Under the pieces are notes generated by a model. That model was not told where the DNA came from, did not search any database, and was given only the letters and a program-made list of their open reading frames with translations. A stretch of 64,000 nt of DNA. Source: Antechinus flavipes. Its lineage: Eukaryota. Shown here piece after piece: positions 37,701 to 51,090 of the stretch (positions are counted from its first letter, which is position 1; each line of letters starts with the position of its first letter). Where the stretch lies: the NCBI RefSeq assembly GCF_016432865.1, contig NC_067402.1, positions 9,796,001-9,860,000 on the forward strand, written 5' to 3'. The position numbers and the translations under genes were made by a program.

Positions 37701-40700
37701 GGTCCTACTTGAACTTCCTTCACCCCATTTTTACAAGGTTGGGATGGCCACAAGACAATTGGCACAACTAATAAATCTGGGGCTTAGCTATTATAGCCCC
37801 ATAAATCGTTATCTCATACCAGTTACATTAACAGGTGCACGGTCCCTTCGGAAAAGGGGGAAAAGAGCCCAAACATCCATGTCAAAAACCATTTTTCCCC
37901 ATTTAGTTGACATTTTCTACAGGTCTTAGGGCCAGCTTCCCTCCTTCTTCCTCCACAGAGTTGACTTCTGGCCATTAGGACAAGCTGAAAGGGGCACTCA
38001 CCTCTCAGCCTTCCTCCTTGACTCCAAAGGGAAATGTAATTATGGGCAGGGGGGTATTTTCCTCTCCAGAAGCCTTTCCCGATGAATGGTGCACAGGAGC
38101 AAACCTGCCACAAGAACTTGGTGGGGATCTGATACACATTTTCCCTCCCCCTTTCCTAGGCACTTGGTGGGGAGAAGGGGCCTTTGGCTAAACTTTCCAT
38201 CCAGCAGCAGTGAAACAGCATTGTCTTATAGGACACGATAAAGGATTCCAAGGCAGGAGCATCCCCTAGATCCGAGATGACAGACAGTCGTTCTCCTGAA
38301 ATAAAAGGAACAGGATTAAATCTGTACACAGACACGTGCATATGCACGATTGGGTGCCCACCTAATCTGTAGAGACGCACAGTCTCACCCCCTGGTACTT
38401 CTTGTGGCCTGGAGGTGAGCCTGCATCCTCACAGTCTGTGTCAGCTTTGGACTGTCCTTCCATGTTGGACATGCTTGAGGGAGTCCCAAAAACTGGTCTC
38501 TTTTTCAGGGACCAACCTAGGTCAGTTGGAGAGTCTCCTGACCAAACGAGGGGCCTGGCTTCCTTCCAGATGCGAGGTGCTCTAGCCTTCGGAGACTTTG
38601 TCCTTGTCTGTAGAATGGAGAGAATGAGGGAAAGAAGCAAGCTTTTATTAGGCACCTACTGTGTGCTCGAAATTATTCTGGGCACTTTTTACCAATGTCA
38701 CCTCAGTGGGTCAGGGAGTGAATCCCTGTGTGTCTATTAGCAAACTTCCTTTTTTGGGGGATTTTTTTTTTTTAATTCAGAGTGAGACATTGTTTTTTGG
38801 GTTTTTTTTGTGGCTTTGTGTCCTCATGTGTCCTTCATGGCTGCAAAGGCTAAAATACCTTTCCCGAAATCCTGAGCCTAATCCCCGATACCATCTGAGA
38901 TTCACGGGCGATGAGCGGCAGGCCAAGCTCCTTCGCTTCGATGGCGATCGCTGACAAACCCGGCCTAGGAATTCCTCTTTATAATGTGCTATACCACAAG
39001 CCAGCATTCCAGGCCCTCGCCCGCCTTGCCGACATTAACCGCTTCCTGTGATCCTTCTTGTTTCTGGGCCGGAACAGTTCAGCCAACGTGTTCCAAATGA
39101 CCCAGGGCCTCTGTGTGGCCAGCGTGGAAGCTTCTTATTCCTTGGCTCCCGGGCGTTCTTGGTTGGCCCCATCGGGGTCTGTAGGAAGAATTTGTTCACC
39201 ATATGTAGGGATATATTTTGGGGAGGGGGAGTCTCTCAGAATCCTGGTACCTTTCCCAGAAAGACAACCCCCCTTCTCATTTTCAGGTGAGTCTTTCCAT
39301 TCTCACCAAATAATGATGTCTGCCTGAGGGCCAGAGATCTCTCCTTTAGCACCTCCCTACCCACCTTCCCAACCTTCCCAACGAAGATGTTTGCTTAAGT
39401 TTTAAAGGCCGGCCCTCCGGGGCCCACATGTGTGGCTGTCTCCTCCTGGAGGATGGTTTCCTCCCGATAACATTTTCTTTTCTTGGTCTGTTGGAGAGCG
39501 TTATGGAGGGTGACGCTTTCCTGATGCCTTTTCATTCCCAGAGTTTTCTTCCTCCCCTCACTGACTCCCTTGAGGTGGGATGGGGTGAGGGGAGGCTGGT
39601 GGTCGGAGAACAGTGCTGTGGAAAGGGCCGTTCCATTTGGACAATCAGCCAGTCCCATCCAAGATCACTGAAGCACGTGCTCAGGGTGGCTCGCTCACAG
39701 TAATGAGAGCTGGCCTTGCCATCGTGCTCAAGGCTGTGCGATGCCCGTAAAGTGACCTGTCTTAGTAGAGTCTCTCAGCAGGGGTCTCCATTTTACAGCT
39801 GTGGAAACTGAGGCTAAAGGGCTTTAGTGGCAACTAGTTATCAGACCTGAAAGCCAACTCTTGCTGGCTCCACATCCAGGGCCATAGCCAGTGTACCAAG
39901 AATGAAATAGTCTCTGCCCTCAGAGATCTTATATTTTCTTAGAACTGAAATGAAATGTGGCCCAAAATATATAACAGGGATAGATACAGAGGGAAAGGGG
40001 ACTTTTGTCTCAGGACCTCCCTGTCCTGGATCCCTAAGAGGGGCCTTGAAAGCAGAGGCTCTTGTTCTGATAGAGTGTGAACTCACCATTCGGTTCAATG
40101 AATCGCTTTGAGTGGAGAGGAATGATTTTGGTTTTGTGTGCTCCTCCCTAGGAAGGCTGAAGTTATGCAGGCAGGGCGTGCCCACTGGCATATCCTGGTG
40201 CCCGCTCGTATTTCACAGACAGGAGGATCTTAGATAAAAGACGAAGAAACAATTTATACGGCGTTTTGCTCTGCAGACATTTTTTATTCTCTCACCAACC
40301 AGGAAAAGTTATCATCATCACCATTTGCTAGATGAGGAAATTAAATGGGAAGAGCTTGAGGGACTTGCTTAGGGTCCTCAGAGTAGTGTATGTCTGTGTT
40401 GGATTTTGGACCCAGGTCATTCTGATGTCACTGAGCCACCAGAGAGCGAGAAGGGACCATCTAACCCAACTAGCCCAATTTACAGAGGAGGAAACTGAGG
40501 CTCCGGGAAGTTCAGGGTCACATGGGAACAAGGCAAGATTCAAACGGAGGTTCTTTTGCTCCAAAGTCCACCCATGCCCTTTCCACTTATTAAATGAAAA
40601 GTAAATCCTTGGCTGTATTAGACACTTGGCCTTCATAAATTAGACATTGAGAAGGAAATCTACGTGGGTAATTATTGGTATTTATCCAGAATGATCAGGG

Positions 40701-42239
40701 ACAACCTTTGTCATTCAAGTTCCTCTAGCTTTATTAGCACTTAACAGACAAGACATTCAGTACATTTTTAAAGGCGCATGCTTGGGATGGGCTTTAGCAC
40801 CTGCTGATCACCCTGAAACTGACAGATGCATTTATCCATCCATCCATCCATCCATCGGTCTATAAAGGAGCATATATAATTCTGATATCCGTGTGGCAGA
40901 TTTGCATGCAGTCCTTCCTATTCAGAATCCAAAGGAAATGAAATCCACCCTCTTTGCTCTAGCCACCTACATGTGGCTCTGGCTTAACTCCATCCCCCAA
41001 TTTCCCCCAGAAGCCACATGTTATTATAATGCACGTGATATCAGAGCTCATTTTCCGTGTGCACCTTAATGGACTCCTTTTTTCTAGGCCTAATGTAACG
41101 AGTGCAGAAAAATCTAGAGGCCTTTGCTCTTTTCTCTGCCTAAAGAATGATGAAAAGTCCCTTATTTGATTTTTTTTTTAAACACCACTGTTGGTCCCAT
41201 ATCTTGACATTATTTCTTATAGTTTTAAAAGGGAAGGTGTCTTAAATCTGGAGTATGGATACCAGAATCAGCTCTACTCAGTAGGGAGACACTGGGAATA
41301 TAAGGAAGAGTCCTAATGTAGAGAGATTTCAGGGTTCCTTAGTTAGTACTGGGTGCTCTGGTGACCTTGTTGATACAGTGCTATGCCCGAAGTCAAGAAG
41401 TCGATTTATAACTGGACCTTAGAACCCAGCTAATAATCCCAACAAATTTGGATGAAATTTTGGATGAAAAAACTGAGGCAGAGAAAGATTTATGACCAAT
41501 CCATGATGGCTTTGCTATGAAGCCTTGGATGGTGGAGAGCACTTTCAGGTCCGCCTGGGGCTTCCCCAAGTTAGAAGCTCTGATCCAAATAGGAACTTGG
41601 CCAGGAGCCACCTTTGGAAGTGAATTACCAGTGGTCTAAGAGGAGAAGAGAGGCTGGGGCTTTCTTCATCTGGTGTTTGGGCAAAGACTTCTGCCTTCCT
41701 GATTGTGGCCATTAATAAGAAAGGCTTTATTTATTTGTTTGTTCTTCTGTTTCTCTATTTAATTATTTATTTATAATTTGATGCTTTTATTAATTTTTAA
41801 TTATTTATTTTATTTCGGGCAAAAAGGGAGGGTTTTTTTTTTTTTTTGCTCTCAAACCTATTTAATTTCATGAGTCTGTATCCAGACCCTTTCCTAACAA
41901 GAATTCCTCAGGGACTGCAGGCTCTAGTTCATAGAATCACATGATTATAGAAGGAGAAGCATTTAGAATTCCACACTGACATTTTAAAGATGAGGAAACT
42001 GAGGCTCAGGGAGCTGAATTCCCAGTCAGATAGGTGTTGAGGGTCAGAGGCAAAACTGCAGAATTGGAATTCAATTTTCCTGATTACAGCCCAGGGTCCC
42101 AGTATCATCCCCCTCCACTGAACATGTAGATAAATAAAAAAAGATCATCTGTTTTATTATGTTTATTAACTTAATATGATATATTCTTCATACTTATTAA
42201 TTCAATGCAATCAATTTTAATGATATATGGATATATGAG

Positions 42240-42639
42240 AAACATCATGCACGCATAAATATATAAATTTATGTATGTGTGCATAAGCATATATATGCAT
42301 ATATATACATTCATATATGGATAGATGAGGGATGGATGGATAGATGCACTGAGAAATAGATGATAGATACATATCCACTTAAATAGATGAGAGAAATTGT
42401 TAGTTAGATGGAAGAATATATACTTAGATAAATCGATGAGAGATAGATGGATAGATANNNNNNNNNNNNNNNNNNNNNNNNNNNNNNNNNNNNNNNNNNN
42501 NNNNNNNNNNNNNNNNNNNNNNNNNNNNNNNNNNNNNNNNNNNNNNNNNNNNNNNNNNNNNNNNNNNNNNNNNNNNNNNNNNNNNNNNNNNNNNNNNNNN
42601 NNNNNNNNNNNNNNNNNNNNNNNNNNNNNNNNNNNNNNN
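42240..42639. repeat. (TA)/(GATA)/(GGAT) tract running into assembly gap 42458-42639
   Basis: Direct inspection. Confidence 0.85.
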
Positions 42640-45039
42640 GGGCTGTTGGGCTTCTTTCTTCAGATGAGGCAAGTTCCAAGGGATTTTCTAGTTTTAGGGT
42701 TTTGAGATCCTGAAGTAACCTCAGAGATGACTCTGTCTAACCCTTTTTTGGTTTAGGTAAGACCTGTAAAAGGCTGAGTTCTTTTTCTGACAGAGGTTCA
42801 GGAGGATGAAGCTCCTATAATGTTTACACAGCAAGAAATTATTCAGGCACAAAAAGGAATGGAAGCAAACATTCCCAGATGAACCGTGGAAGGGATGGAG
42901 TGCATCCATTCTTGCTTTTGAAAAAGAGAGGAGGAAACCTAATGAGAGGGACCCCCTGGGGCTGGGAGGGATGCCCTGCTCTCTCTGTTGGCATGTTCTC
43001 GAGACTTCATCCAGACGAGTCCCTGGCTCTTGGCCTTCTAGACGTGTCGTGACCCTGAAATCCCTTCATCTTAATTCCTCCCTCCCCAAAGTTTATGGGG
43101 CTTCCTGGAATTTCTATTAAGAATACCAGATACTCAGCAATAATTTCAAGATATGAGGGTCTGATTGTAAAGCCGGCCCTGCTAGATGGTGATGGGAAGG
43201 GAGTCTGATGCAAAGCTGCAAGCGTCACAGCAATTTAGCCCGCAAACAGCCAAATCGCAAAACTCCATTAGGATCGTGGCCTCCCTAATGGGAACATACG
43301 TGAACCCAATGAACAAGACTATCCTTCTTGGTGTTAGGGTGAGAGGACTGACCCTAGTTCTAGATTCTACTCTGTCTTTCCATCCCCCAGCTGCTAGTTC
43401 CTGCCTCCTCTAAATGACTAGGTTTAGCTGGGTTCTAATCCCTTTTCAGACACTTTCAAGATTTGTATTTCTGATTAAGACACTTCCAGTCCTGAGCCAT
43501 AATTTCTTCACCGGTAAAATGAGGCCTCCCTTGGAGTCATTGGGTGTTTTCTGACATGGATTTCAGTTATTTTCCCTTATAGACTGTCAACTCCTTGAGG
43601 GAAAGTACTGTGATGTTTGTATTTTACTTCTCAGCCCCTCGCACAGTCTCAGAGACACTGGAGGAGCTCAGTGCTTATTGAAAACCCAGTGATAGATTCA
43701 CCAAAGCTCTCTGAGTTCTCTATATAAAAAAATCCTGCTAGCTGGTCATTCCTAAGATTTACTCAACATGATTAAGGCTTTTGATCACCATGACAACCCC
43801 ATCGATCTGGGGCCATCAGTTACCAGCCCCATTTTTAAACTAAGATTCAGGTAAGATGTAGCAAAAAATAAAAAGGCCCTCAGTGATCCTCATCCCACCC
43901 CGACACCGAGCCCAGCACTCGAACCCTCCCATATCCAGATCCAGTGCTCCCAACAGGCCGAAGGCTGAGAACCAACCAGGAAAGCCCCCTCTTCTCTGGT
44001 CTGCCGTGAAAGTAAGTGCTGAACTTGGCCTTCTTGTGGCTTTGTGGAGTGAACTAAGAGGCAGAAAGTCAATCCTGTGGCAGTTGCTGCTAATTAAATA
44101 GGCAAGTTCTCCATTTCCTAAGTGCCTCTTGCACATGTCTGGAACTGGACTCTTCAGAGATTAGTATCAGAGCCTCAGGGACAGGACATTTACAGAATGG
44201 GAACAATAAGTCATCAATCTTTTTATTTTAGTTTTTTTTTTTTACTCCTTTCTAGAAAAGTAACAATTTTGATGAGACTTTGGGGCCTTTGGGTAGTAAG
44301 GATCCTGGATGTCCCTACAATTGTTAACATTTTACAATTGCTCTTTAATATTATTCCATACCCCGTTCTTATGTTTGAATTTTAGTTTTGTCTTTTTCTC
44401 ATTTTGCAACTTTGCCCTAAAACCTCAGTTTCTTCATCAATAAAATGGGAATAATATTTTCAATTACCTTCCCCAAAGGGCTAACTTGAGGACTGATGTG
44501 TTTAAAGGGCTTTATTATGATAAATTATAACATAAATTTATACTATGATTATTTTTATGAATTAGTTCTGAAAGATTGTAGCATTGTTGCTACTATTTTA
44601 AGTATTTTTCTAATCAAGAAAACTTAACAGAAGGGACTTCAAAAGACATGTCATTCTTAAATGTGGCTTTATTATTTCCAGGGATCAATCCTAGTGCCTC
44701 CTCGTCTTACCCCAGAAGAATATACCCCAGATTTATAAAAGTATCCGTGGGAAAAGAAAATGTCCTTCAGGACATTCTAAGAGGGCAGGATCTCTCTGCA
44801 TTTAAAAAGTTCTTCCCTTTGAATTAGAGCTTCTCAGGAGTAGTTTTGAATAGGAATTTTCACTAAAAACTTAATGGAATAATTTTTAAAAAACTTATTC
44901 AATTCAATAAATGTAAAACAAAATCAGCTTTTTAATTTTCTTTTTTTTTTTTTTTGAGTGAAGCAATACCCATTTTATATTAAGTAGAGGCATCTTGCCA
45001 TCTGTTTGTGTGTACAGATCGATGTGAATATGTATTCAT

Positions 45040-45400
45040 ATGTTTAAATGTATATTTGCATTTTTGTTCATTTATCCATCATCCCCATTTTCCAATGAGT
45101 CCTCCCTTCAGTCCTCTGAGAGAGCTTCCCCCTATAACAAAGACTTGAAAACCAGGAAAACAAAATATACAAACCTGTACAATATATTTTCAGATCTTGA
45201 TGCTATATGCAGGGTTATGTGCACCCTTGGTTCCCCACCTCCAGGAAGGAGTAAGGAGAGCTGCCTTCTCCCAGTGCTTCTTTGGAGCTGAGCTTGGTCA
45301 CTCCCCTCAGTTTCTCAGAATGGTCATTTCCAGTCCCATTGTGTTGATAGCTGGGGATGGTGTTTTCTTGGCTCCTATTCCTTGTACCAGGTTGTCTTTA
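45040..45400 (-). mobile_element. Probable ancient L1 3'UTR fragment
   Basis: Recalled resemblance to old marsupial L1 3'UTRs (ccattgtgttgatagctg...gttttcttggctcc). Weak match. Confidence 0.4.
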
Positions 45401-45758
45401 GGCATAAGACATAAGTAAGAAGTTGTAACCCTCCCATTATAAATTTTCTACAGACAAGTTATCATCATTTCTATTCCTATCCTTAGAAGGATTTAGATTT
45501 TAGCTGAAGCTTCTTAAAATAAGAACAAAACAAAACAAACATGCCCAGAAACAGCCTGACCCTTAGTCTGAGGGCATTCAGCCCTAGGACTTAAACGAGT
45601 GTTTGACCATCTCTAAGGCTGCAGATGGATCTGTGATCTTCACTGTGTGTGTGTGTGGGGGGACATCCCTCCTTGGCCCACTCCCCCATCCCCCATACAT
45701 ATCTGCTGGAATTCCAGCCCCCTTAATCTGTGGTTGTTGTGTTCTTTCCCTGTGGAAG

Positions 45759-45892
45759 GCGTGGTGTACGACGCTCTGATGCTGAAACACCAGTGCATCT
45801 GCGGCCGCTCTGCCCTTCATCCCGAGCACGCTGGGAGAATCCAGAGCATCTGGTCACGTCTGCAAGAAACGGGGCTCCTGAGCAAGTGTGAG
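45759..45892 (+). CDS. HDAC9: Class IIa HDAC exon, 134 nt, phase 1 to 0; (G)[44 protein letters not shown]
   Basis: Pyrimidine tract and AG at 45757-58, donor GAG|GTAAGA at 45893. Contains the invariant class IIa motif MLKHQCxCG...[17 protein letters not shown]. In frame with the flanking exons. Confidence 0.95.
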
Positions 45893-47419
45893 GTAAGAAA
45901 AGAGCAGACGACTGCTGCTGGCCGAGGGAATGGTGTCCAGAGGGCGCTGAGTGGATGGAGGGCAGTCGGCACCCGAGAGGGCTCTTCTTCACTGTGGGCT
46001 CTCCATGCCAGTGAAATCCTAACTTGTATCAAAGGGAGGAGAGGGAGGAAAGAGAGTCTTATTGCTGTGCCTTGGACTAATGTCTAAATTGAAGATTTAT
46101 CAAGAATTCCCCCCAAAACCTATAAGCCAGGTGGTTAGCGTGCCATCACTTGTATTGAGTCCACATGTTAGGAAGAGACATGACAAATTGTAAGGCATTC
46201 AGAGAAAGGGATGGGATTCATGCATACATAAAAAAGTGAAGGAAAGAGAATTAATTGTGTACAAATCGCTAGGCTTGGGGCTGGGGATCCTGCTACCACT
46301 AATAAAAATAAAAAGCAGATACAACTTGTGCTTAAGGAATTGACATTTTAATGTGAGAAACAGTATAATTGGAGCAATAGTGGTCAGGAAGGAATTCTTT
46401 GTTCCAGAAATGTGTTGGGATGATGGCTGCTGTGTCCCTCCTAGGACAATGGAAGAGTTCATGGTTCTAGAACTGAAGGAAGGAAAGTTGGGGAGAGGGA
46501 AGAGATTGGAGAAAAGAGTAGAAGCTGAGCAAAAAGGAAATTGGTTAGGAGTATGTAGAGAAGGTGAGCAGAAGGGAGAAAGTTGAGGGCACTCCTCCAG
46601 TGGGATGCACTTAAGTAGATTATTTCTTGAATAAACTCCGATCTCCAGTGACAAGAGTGGGCTCTCCCTGTTCTCATGGCCTCTAACCCAGAAGAGTTTT
46701 GAACACCTGAGGTTAAATCAAACTCCATAAATGTATTTTCTAGAGTCATCTAACTAGATGGCAGCATGGGAACAGTTTGGTGCTTCCTTGAGCTTATGAA
46801 ATACCCTTTAGTGCCTGAGAAATTGACAGTGAAGTAAGAAGGAGGAGAGGAACTTGCTGAGTTCTGTGATTGAAAATCCCTGTTGGACATTCTATGGAGA
46901 GATTAAGCAGCATCACTCTTCCAAGATGGATGTGCCCACTTAGGGGTGTTTTGGCCCCATAAGAGCTAATGTGGCCAGGGGTGGAACTAAAAAAAAATTA
47001 GCCATCACTGCCCTGACTTGTTAGGTTTTTGTAGCTGTTGTTTATTTACTTTTTTAAATTAAAAAACAAGAGTAAATTGGAAAGCTAATAATAACAGAAA
47101 AAAGTAAAATAGATGTTTTTACACCTGTTTAGAAAGTGATAAGAGGCTAGCTACATTACCATGACAAGCACAAGATGGAGAATGAAGAGGAGAGGGACGG
47201 GGTGTATTCTCATCATTTGAGGAATCCATTGTGTGCATCATATGATCATTGTTGTGTCTGAATAAGTAAGGATGCAGAAGATCAACTTTTTTGTGTCAAA
47301 ATTTGGCTGCAGGCTACAAGTATTTTAAAGTGAACACTTAAAGATGTTCCTTTATAGCCTTTAAAAATAATTATCATTAATTTTTTCCCTATGTTGTAAT
47401 CTAGTTATGGAGTAGTCCA

Positions 47420-47690
47420 ATTGGGAAAGAGCTAAGTACAGTGGATTGAACTCCGAGCCTGGATTCAGAAGACTCATCTTCATAATTCAAATCTGTCCTC
47501 AAACCTTTACTAGCTATATGATCCAAGCAAATTACTTAATGTTGTTTGCCTCAGTTTCCTCATCTGTAAAATGAGCTGGAACAGGAAATGCCAAATCTCT
47601 GCAATATCTTTGCCGAGAAAATTCTAAATGGAATCACAAAGAGTTAGATATGATTTAAATAACTGAACAGTAGAAGCAACAACAATTACA
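47420..47690 (+). mobile_element. Mar1-like CORE-SINE
   Basis: gcctcagtttcctcatctgtaaaatgagctgg...ggaaatgccaaa...atctttgccgagaaaa. Confidence 0.8.
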
Positions 47691-48224
47691 ACAGTGCAAC
47701 TGGCCATTTCAATGGCATTTCTCTAAGACTGAAAGTGATAGAGCAACTGCTGGTTGCCATTGGTAGAGGACATTCTTCTCTGGGAGTTCCCTGTACAAAT
47801 CCAGTGCAGAAAACATGGCATAAAATAATGTATTTTCTTTTTCTTGATTCCATCTCATCCATTTTAATTGAATGGGGTTTCTGATTTTGCTAAAGAACTA
47901 GCCACACATTTCTACTTATCTGTAATATCTTAGCCCATCAGGGAAAAGTGACCAGGGGCAGCCACAGATTGTCGAAAATTTGTTAGTTCTCAGACAAAAT
48001 ATGCTTCTTTTTTTCTGAGCTCCCATTTCTCGGTGCTTCCTTATTGGGAAAGGAATATGTAACTTAATAGACTTTATAGAGTTGCCAGAATACTCACTTG
48101 GTGAAGTGACTCACTCAGGATCATACAGCCAGTCTGTGTTAGAGGCAGGGCTAGAGATGAGATCTTCTGGCTCCAAGACCTATTCTCTTTTCACTCCACT
48201 ATAATGCCAAAGCACAGATAATTT

Positions 48225-48790
48225 CTTTTTTTAATAATAGCTTTTTATTTTCAAAATGTATGCAAAGATAATTTTCAACATCTATCCTTGCAAAGCCTTG
48301 TGTTCCAAATTTCTCTCTCTCTCTCTTCTCCAACTTCCTCCTCTAAACAGCAAGTAATCCAAAATGTTTTAAACATGTGTAGTTCTTCTTTACATATTTC
48401 AACTGTTATCATGCTGCAGAAGAAAAATCAGATCAGAAAGCAAAAAAAAGAGAAAGAAAAGGCAAAAAAATAACCACAAAAAGGTAAAAATACTATGTTG
48501 TGATCCACATTCAGTCCCCATAGTCCTGGATGCAGATGGCTCTCTCTATCACAAGCCTAGTGGAATTCATATGAATCCTCTCTTTGTTGAAAAGAGCCAT
48601 TGATCAGAGTTAATCATCATGTCATCTTGCTGTTGCTGTGTACGATGTTCTCTTGGTTCTACTCGCTTCCTTTACCATCAGTTCATGTAAGTCTCTCCAG
48701 GCTTTTCTGAAATCATCCTGCTAATCAGTTCTTATAAAGCAATAATATTCCATTACATTCATAAAGCAACAATATTCCATTACATTCATA
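48225..48790 (-). mobile_element. LINE-1 3'UTR and ORF2 end (older copy)
   Basis: Begins tttttaataatagctttttattttc (reverse of an L1 tail). Contains catcagttcatgtaagtctctccagg, which is homologous to the 25.6 kb L1. Confidence 0.85.
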
Positions 48791-48807
48791 TCCTGTAACT
48801 GGAGCAC

Positions 48808-49470
48808 TGTGGCAGCCCTTTTTGTAGTGGCCAGAAACTGGAAACTGAGTGGATGCCCATCGGTGGGAGAATGGCTGAATAGCTGTGGTATATGAATATT
48901 ATGGAATATTATTGTTTGGTAAGAAATTACCAGTAGGAGGATTTCAGAAAGGTCTGGAGAGACTTAGATGAACCGATGCTGAGTGAAATGAGCAGAACCA
49001 GGAGATCATTATACACTTTGACAACAACACTATATGATGATCAATTCTGATGGACGTGGCCCTCTTCAACAATGAGATGAACCAAATCAGTTCCAATAGA
49101 GCAGTAATAAACTGAACCAGCTACACCTGGTGAAAGAATTCTGGGAGATGACTAAGAACCATTACATAGAATTCCCAGTCCCTCTATTTTTGTCCACCTG
49201 CATTTTTGATTTCCTTCACAGGCTAATTGTACACTATTTCAAAGTCTGATTCTTTTTGTGCAGCAAAATAACTGTTTGGACATATATACTTATATTGTAT
49301 TTAACTTATACTTTAACATATTTAACAAGTATTGGTCAACCTGCCATCTGGGAGAAGGGGTGGGGGGAAGGAGGGAAAAAGTTGGAACAAAAGGTTTTGC
49401 AATTGTCAATGCTGAAAAATTGCCCATGAATATATCTTGTAAATAAAAAGCTATAATAATTTTAAAAAAA
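48808..49470 (+). mobile_element. LINE-1 ORF2 end and 3'UTR, sense orientation, different 3'UTR type
   Basis: gtagtggccagaaactggaaactgagtggatgcccatc...ctgagtgaaatgagcagaaccaggag is the reverse complement of the 25.6-25.8 kb L1 segment. Ends aaataaaaagctataataattttaaaaaaa. Confidence 0.88.
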
Positions 49471-49473
49471 CCC

Positions 49474-49791
49474 AAAAAGGGTTGCCACAAATATTTTTGC
49501 GAGTCCCTTTTCCTTTTTTCTCATTTCTTTGGGATAATGACTAAGTGGAGAGACACTGCTGGATCAAAGAGTACACATAGTTTCATATGATTCTCTTGTA
49601 TGCTTGGATCCATTCACAACTGCACATCCCCTCCAACATTTATCATTATTTTTTTTTCCTGGAGATGTATATAGGAGTTATCTTAATTTGCTTTTCTCTG
49701 ATCAATAGTTATTTAGAACATCTTTTCAAATGACCAAAAATGATTTTAATTTCTTTGTCTGAAACTTGTCTGTTCATATCCTTTGATCATT
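49474..49791 (-). mobile_element. Degenerate LINE-1 ORF2 fragment
   Basis: acactgctggatcaaag, catcccctccaacatt and tgtctgttcatatcctttga match, in order, 25869-26180 of the younger L1. Confidence 0.8.
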
Positions 49792-49799
49792 CACAGAAA

Positions 49800-51090
49800 A
49801 ATTCTTAATCACCAAATTTAAAGACACTTTCTCATTCCTTGTCCTGGAACTCTATGTTCTACCTCAAATGATTAGCCACCTTCTCTTTTCTACATAGCCT
49901 TTTACTTTGAGTTTTCTATGACAATGTGCTCTTGATTCTCCTTCTACCTTATTTGACCATTCCTTGATCTCTTTTACTGAATTATCATCCACGTCACGTC
50001 CCCTGGATGTAGACGTTCCCCACTATTCTCTCATAGCCCTCTTTCCTTCCCTCTCTTTGCTCACTGTCTTGGTGATTTCTTCAACTTCTATGAGTTTAAT
50101 TTTTATATCAGTCTGAAAATCCAGCTTTATTCTCTTTCCTGAACTCTGTTCTCAAATCATCAACTATGTACTAGACATTTCCAACTGACTATTCTAATGA
50201 TATCTCAAATTTAAAATATCCAAAGTAGAACTATTTTGTGATCCGAATCTTTCTCTCTATCCAACTTTTCTATTTCTGTTGAGAGCACCACCATTTTTAA
50301 GTCATCCAGCTTCTTCAATGCAGAATTATCCTTGACTTCTATTCCCTTGCTCTACATATCCAAGTAGTTGCCAGATCGACTTATAGGTAACTCCTTTTCC
50401 CCATGCCTACAGCTACCATCTTGTTCAGGTTTGTCTAGATTATTGCCATGGTCTCCCATTGGGTCTCCAGGTCCACATCTTTCCCCTCTATCTTCTACAT
50501 AACTGCCAGAGATTTTTCTTATACTTTACCACATAATTATCCTTTCAAGAAAACTCCAATGGCTTCCTATTGGCTCTAGTTTTAAACACAAATTTCTTTT
50601 TAGAATTAAGAAGTCCTGCCCAACTTGACCTTGGTTGTATGTCATTTATATGTTGTCCAGCAAAACTGGAGATCTTTGATCCTCTCACACAGCACTTAAA
50701 CTTTAATCTCTCTGACTTTGTTCTGGCCAAAATTTATTCCTAGAACGATCTTCCTCCTACCACTTCACAAAATTCCCAACTTCCTTCAGGGTCCTACTTA
50801 TAAACATTACCCTTTACAAGAAGGAGATACGCTTCCTCCTACCAAACACTGGTGTCGTCCTTCACCAATGATCTTGTATTTTTCCTTGTTTATAGTCTTT
50901 ATGTATGTATATGTGTGCACATGTGTACATGCACACCCACCCCCACACACATACATCACTCATAAGATAATTACAAACATGCTTTTACCCTTGATAGAAT
51001 GGTAACATCGTAAGGTAGAGTCTGTGTCCTTTCTGTCTCTATATTCTCAAGGTATAGCACAGGGCCTGGCCCATGGGAGCCATGGAATAA
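49800..51090 (+). mobile_element. LINE-2 relic
   Basis: ctagacatttccaactg, aaaactccaatggcttcctattg and the 3' end gtatagcacagggcctggc...aataaatgcttatgg are typical of L2. Confidence 0.6.
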
